From Paecilomyces variotii (Eukaryota), in the NCBI GenBank assembly GCA_004022145.1, contig RCNU01000001.1: a DNA stretch of 64,000 bases, one strand, 5' to 3'. The notes beneath the pieces are model-generated. The model worked only from the letters and a program-made list of their open reading frames with translations, ran no database searches and was not told the origin of the DNA. Shown here one piece after another: positions 62,501 through 64,000 of this stretch (its first letter is position 1; each line of letters begins with the position of its first letter). A program made the position numbers and the translations under genes.

Positions 62501-64000
62501 GAAGCATAGATACCAGCGTCAACTGGGAGGGGGCTTGAGCAGTAATTAGCTTTTTCTTTCGGGATCAGAAATATGGCACGAAAACAATAAGTTGTCCCTG
62601 TGACCATGTAATGTGATTTTACACTGGTCCAGGACATGGTTATGACAATATTTACTTCACTCGCATAATGTGTACTCAATATACAAGATACTATATATGA
62701 TAATTGGATTTTCACTTCATTGACGGTGTTCTGTTCAACTATGGTAGTACTGCAGTTTTCTCCTTCAAATCCGCCAGACCAACTACTGATCTGTGACAAG
62801 CATCGGGCGATCACAACCGCTCGCAGTGGAGCAGTGGCAAGTGCTCTCTGCTGATCTTCTGCGGGTCTGACCATAGCGGTGCGAGCCTATATTAATGTTA
62901 TATATACTTTTCATCAGTTGTGATAGTTTTGTTTATCACATTCTTAGCTTGACTTAGTTTTCTACTTAACCTTTTTTCCTCCTTAATATTCAGCAATGTA
63001 TAGCCTATCTAGCAAACCTAGATTTTTTTTATAGATAATGAAGAAAACTAAGCCACCGCTACGACTGTTTATTACTGACTGCATATACAACAACTGCACG
63101 TTGGCACCTTATAGGAACGTTCGTGCAGCATAACAAGGCCAGCATGACCTGAAGAATAAGCATCAAGGAGAAGTAAGCATGACCACCTGCAGGGAATTCC
63201 GCATGCGGGAAAACGGAGACTATGGAGGATCTGCCATGGGGTATTAATAGAAAAAAGTAGACAAAATCGCGACGGGAGTGATATATCTGAGACATACATC
63301 AACTCTTTCTCTCTTTTGCTGTCTCTTGCAGCGAAGATCAGAACGATGTAACTTGAAATGGTAACTCTGAACTGGGTAAGCTTTCCCTTCACTCCAGGAG
63401 ATTAATCCCTCCTAAATACCTAGGTAGGTATCTAGTTAACTACCGCACCCCAATCCTCAATAAATGTAAATAATCTTCACCTGTTTATCTAAACTAATTT
63501 ACCCCATGTAGAGGCTGGAGTGAGATCATTCGAAGGTCTGTCAAGCATTCAGTTGATTCTGCAGTGTCGCGAGTGGACCTGTGCGATACAAGCCTACCTA
63601 ACTACTTAGCGCATGACAAGCTGGCCAACTCATGCTTCCATGCATGCAGCGTGGTTAGCTTTCCACATACGTACATTAGAATGCAGGTTGGTTTAGTAAC
63701 TATTGACTTATTTGAGCTGGTGTGAGTGAGATTGATATGACTGTATGTACATAGATGCGGGGAAGGTCCATTTCAGAAGTATGGGAGTATGGATCGGATA
63801 ATATTGGGACAGACTATCAAGCGCTTCCTGTCTCTGGCCTGAAGGCCTGTGAGTGGCTGTCTGTCTTCGCTGTGTGGGTAAAGAAAACCTTTATAGGGAA
63901 AAAAGTGGATTCAATCTATTGTTCCTAATTCCATAATAATACCTTTATATGCGGATGGAGTGATAAAATAACATCAACGGATTTTTCACTTCCTACCTAT

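Noticed and set aside
62326-62874. 182-aa minus-strand ORF and the many other antisense or shadow ORFs overlapping real genes
   Set aside because: Explained by codon bias of the opposite-strand genes or by chance; no motifs.

Overview
This is eukaryotic DNA from a filamentous ascomycete, probably Eurotiales-like. It has short GT-AG introns with CTAAC/CTGAC branch points. The left ~10 kb is an accessory, decayed zone. It holds a PTH11-like receptor, a cytochrome P450 pseudogene in two partly duplicated pieces, a frameshifted PD-(D/E)xK-like gene with a 212-bp triplication, a secreted polyamine oxidase, a second PD-(D/E)xK-like gene and a CheD/CNF1-like relic. Next come a DUF7730-type gene, tRNA-Arg(CCG), a TolB-like propeller and an EamA transporter. 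From ~19 to 58 kb there is a dense core-gene block, mostly in head-to-head pairs: UTP25, eIF3f, TAF13, KSH1, a PPR protein, CWC18, a zinc-knuckle protein, R3H/SUZ, MRPL8, MIC12, RPS23, GCD7, NEM1, AGX1, VPS29, PABP2 and RSP5. A divergent trypsin-fold gene lies within this block, and a macro-domain gene and a GPI protein follow it. Two observations stand out. (1) The zinc-knuckle gene needs a non-canonical 53-nt AT-AC intron to rebuild its CCHC motif. (2) AGX1 has a long AUG-less in-frame upstream extension with a perfect PTS2 (RLSLISRHL) just behind a CTG in strong Kozak context, suggesting a non-AUG-initiated peroxisomal isoform. All family assignments come from motif recognition by eye; no database searches were run.
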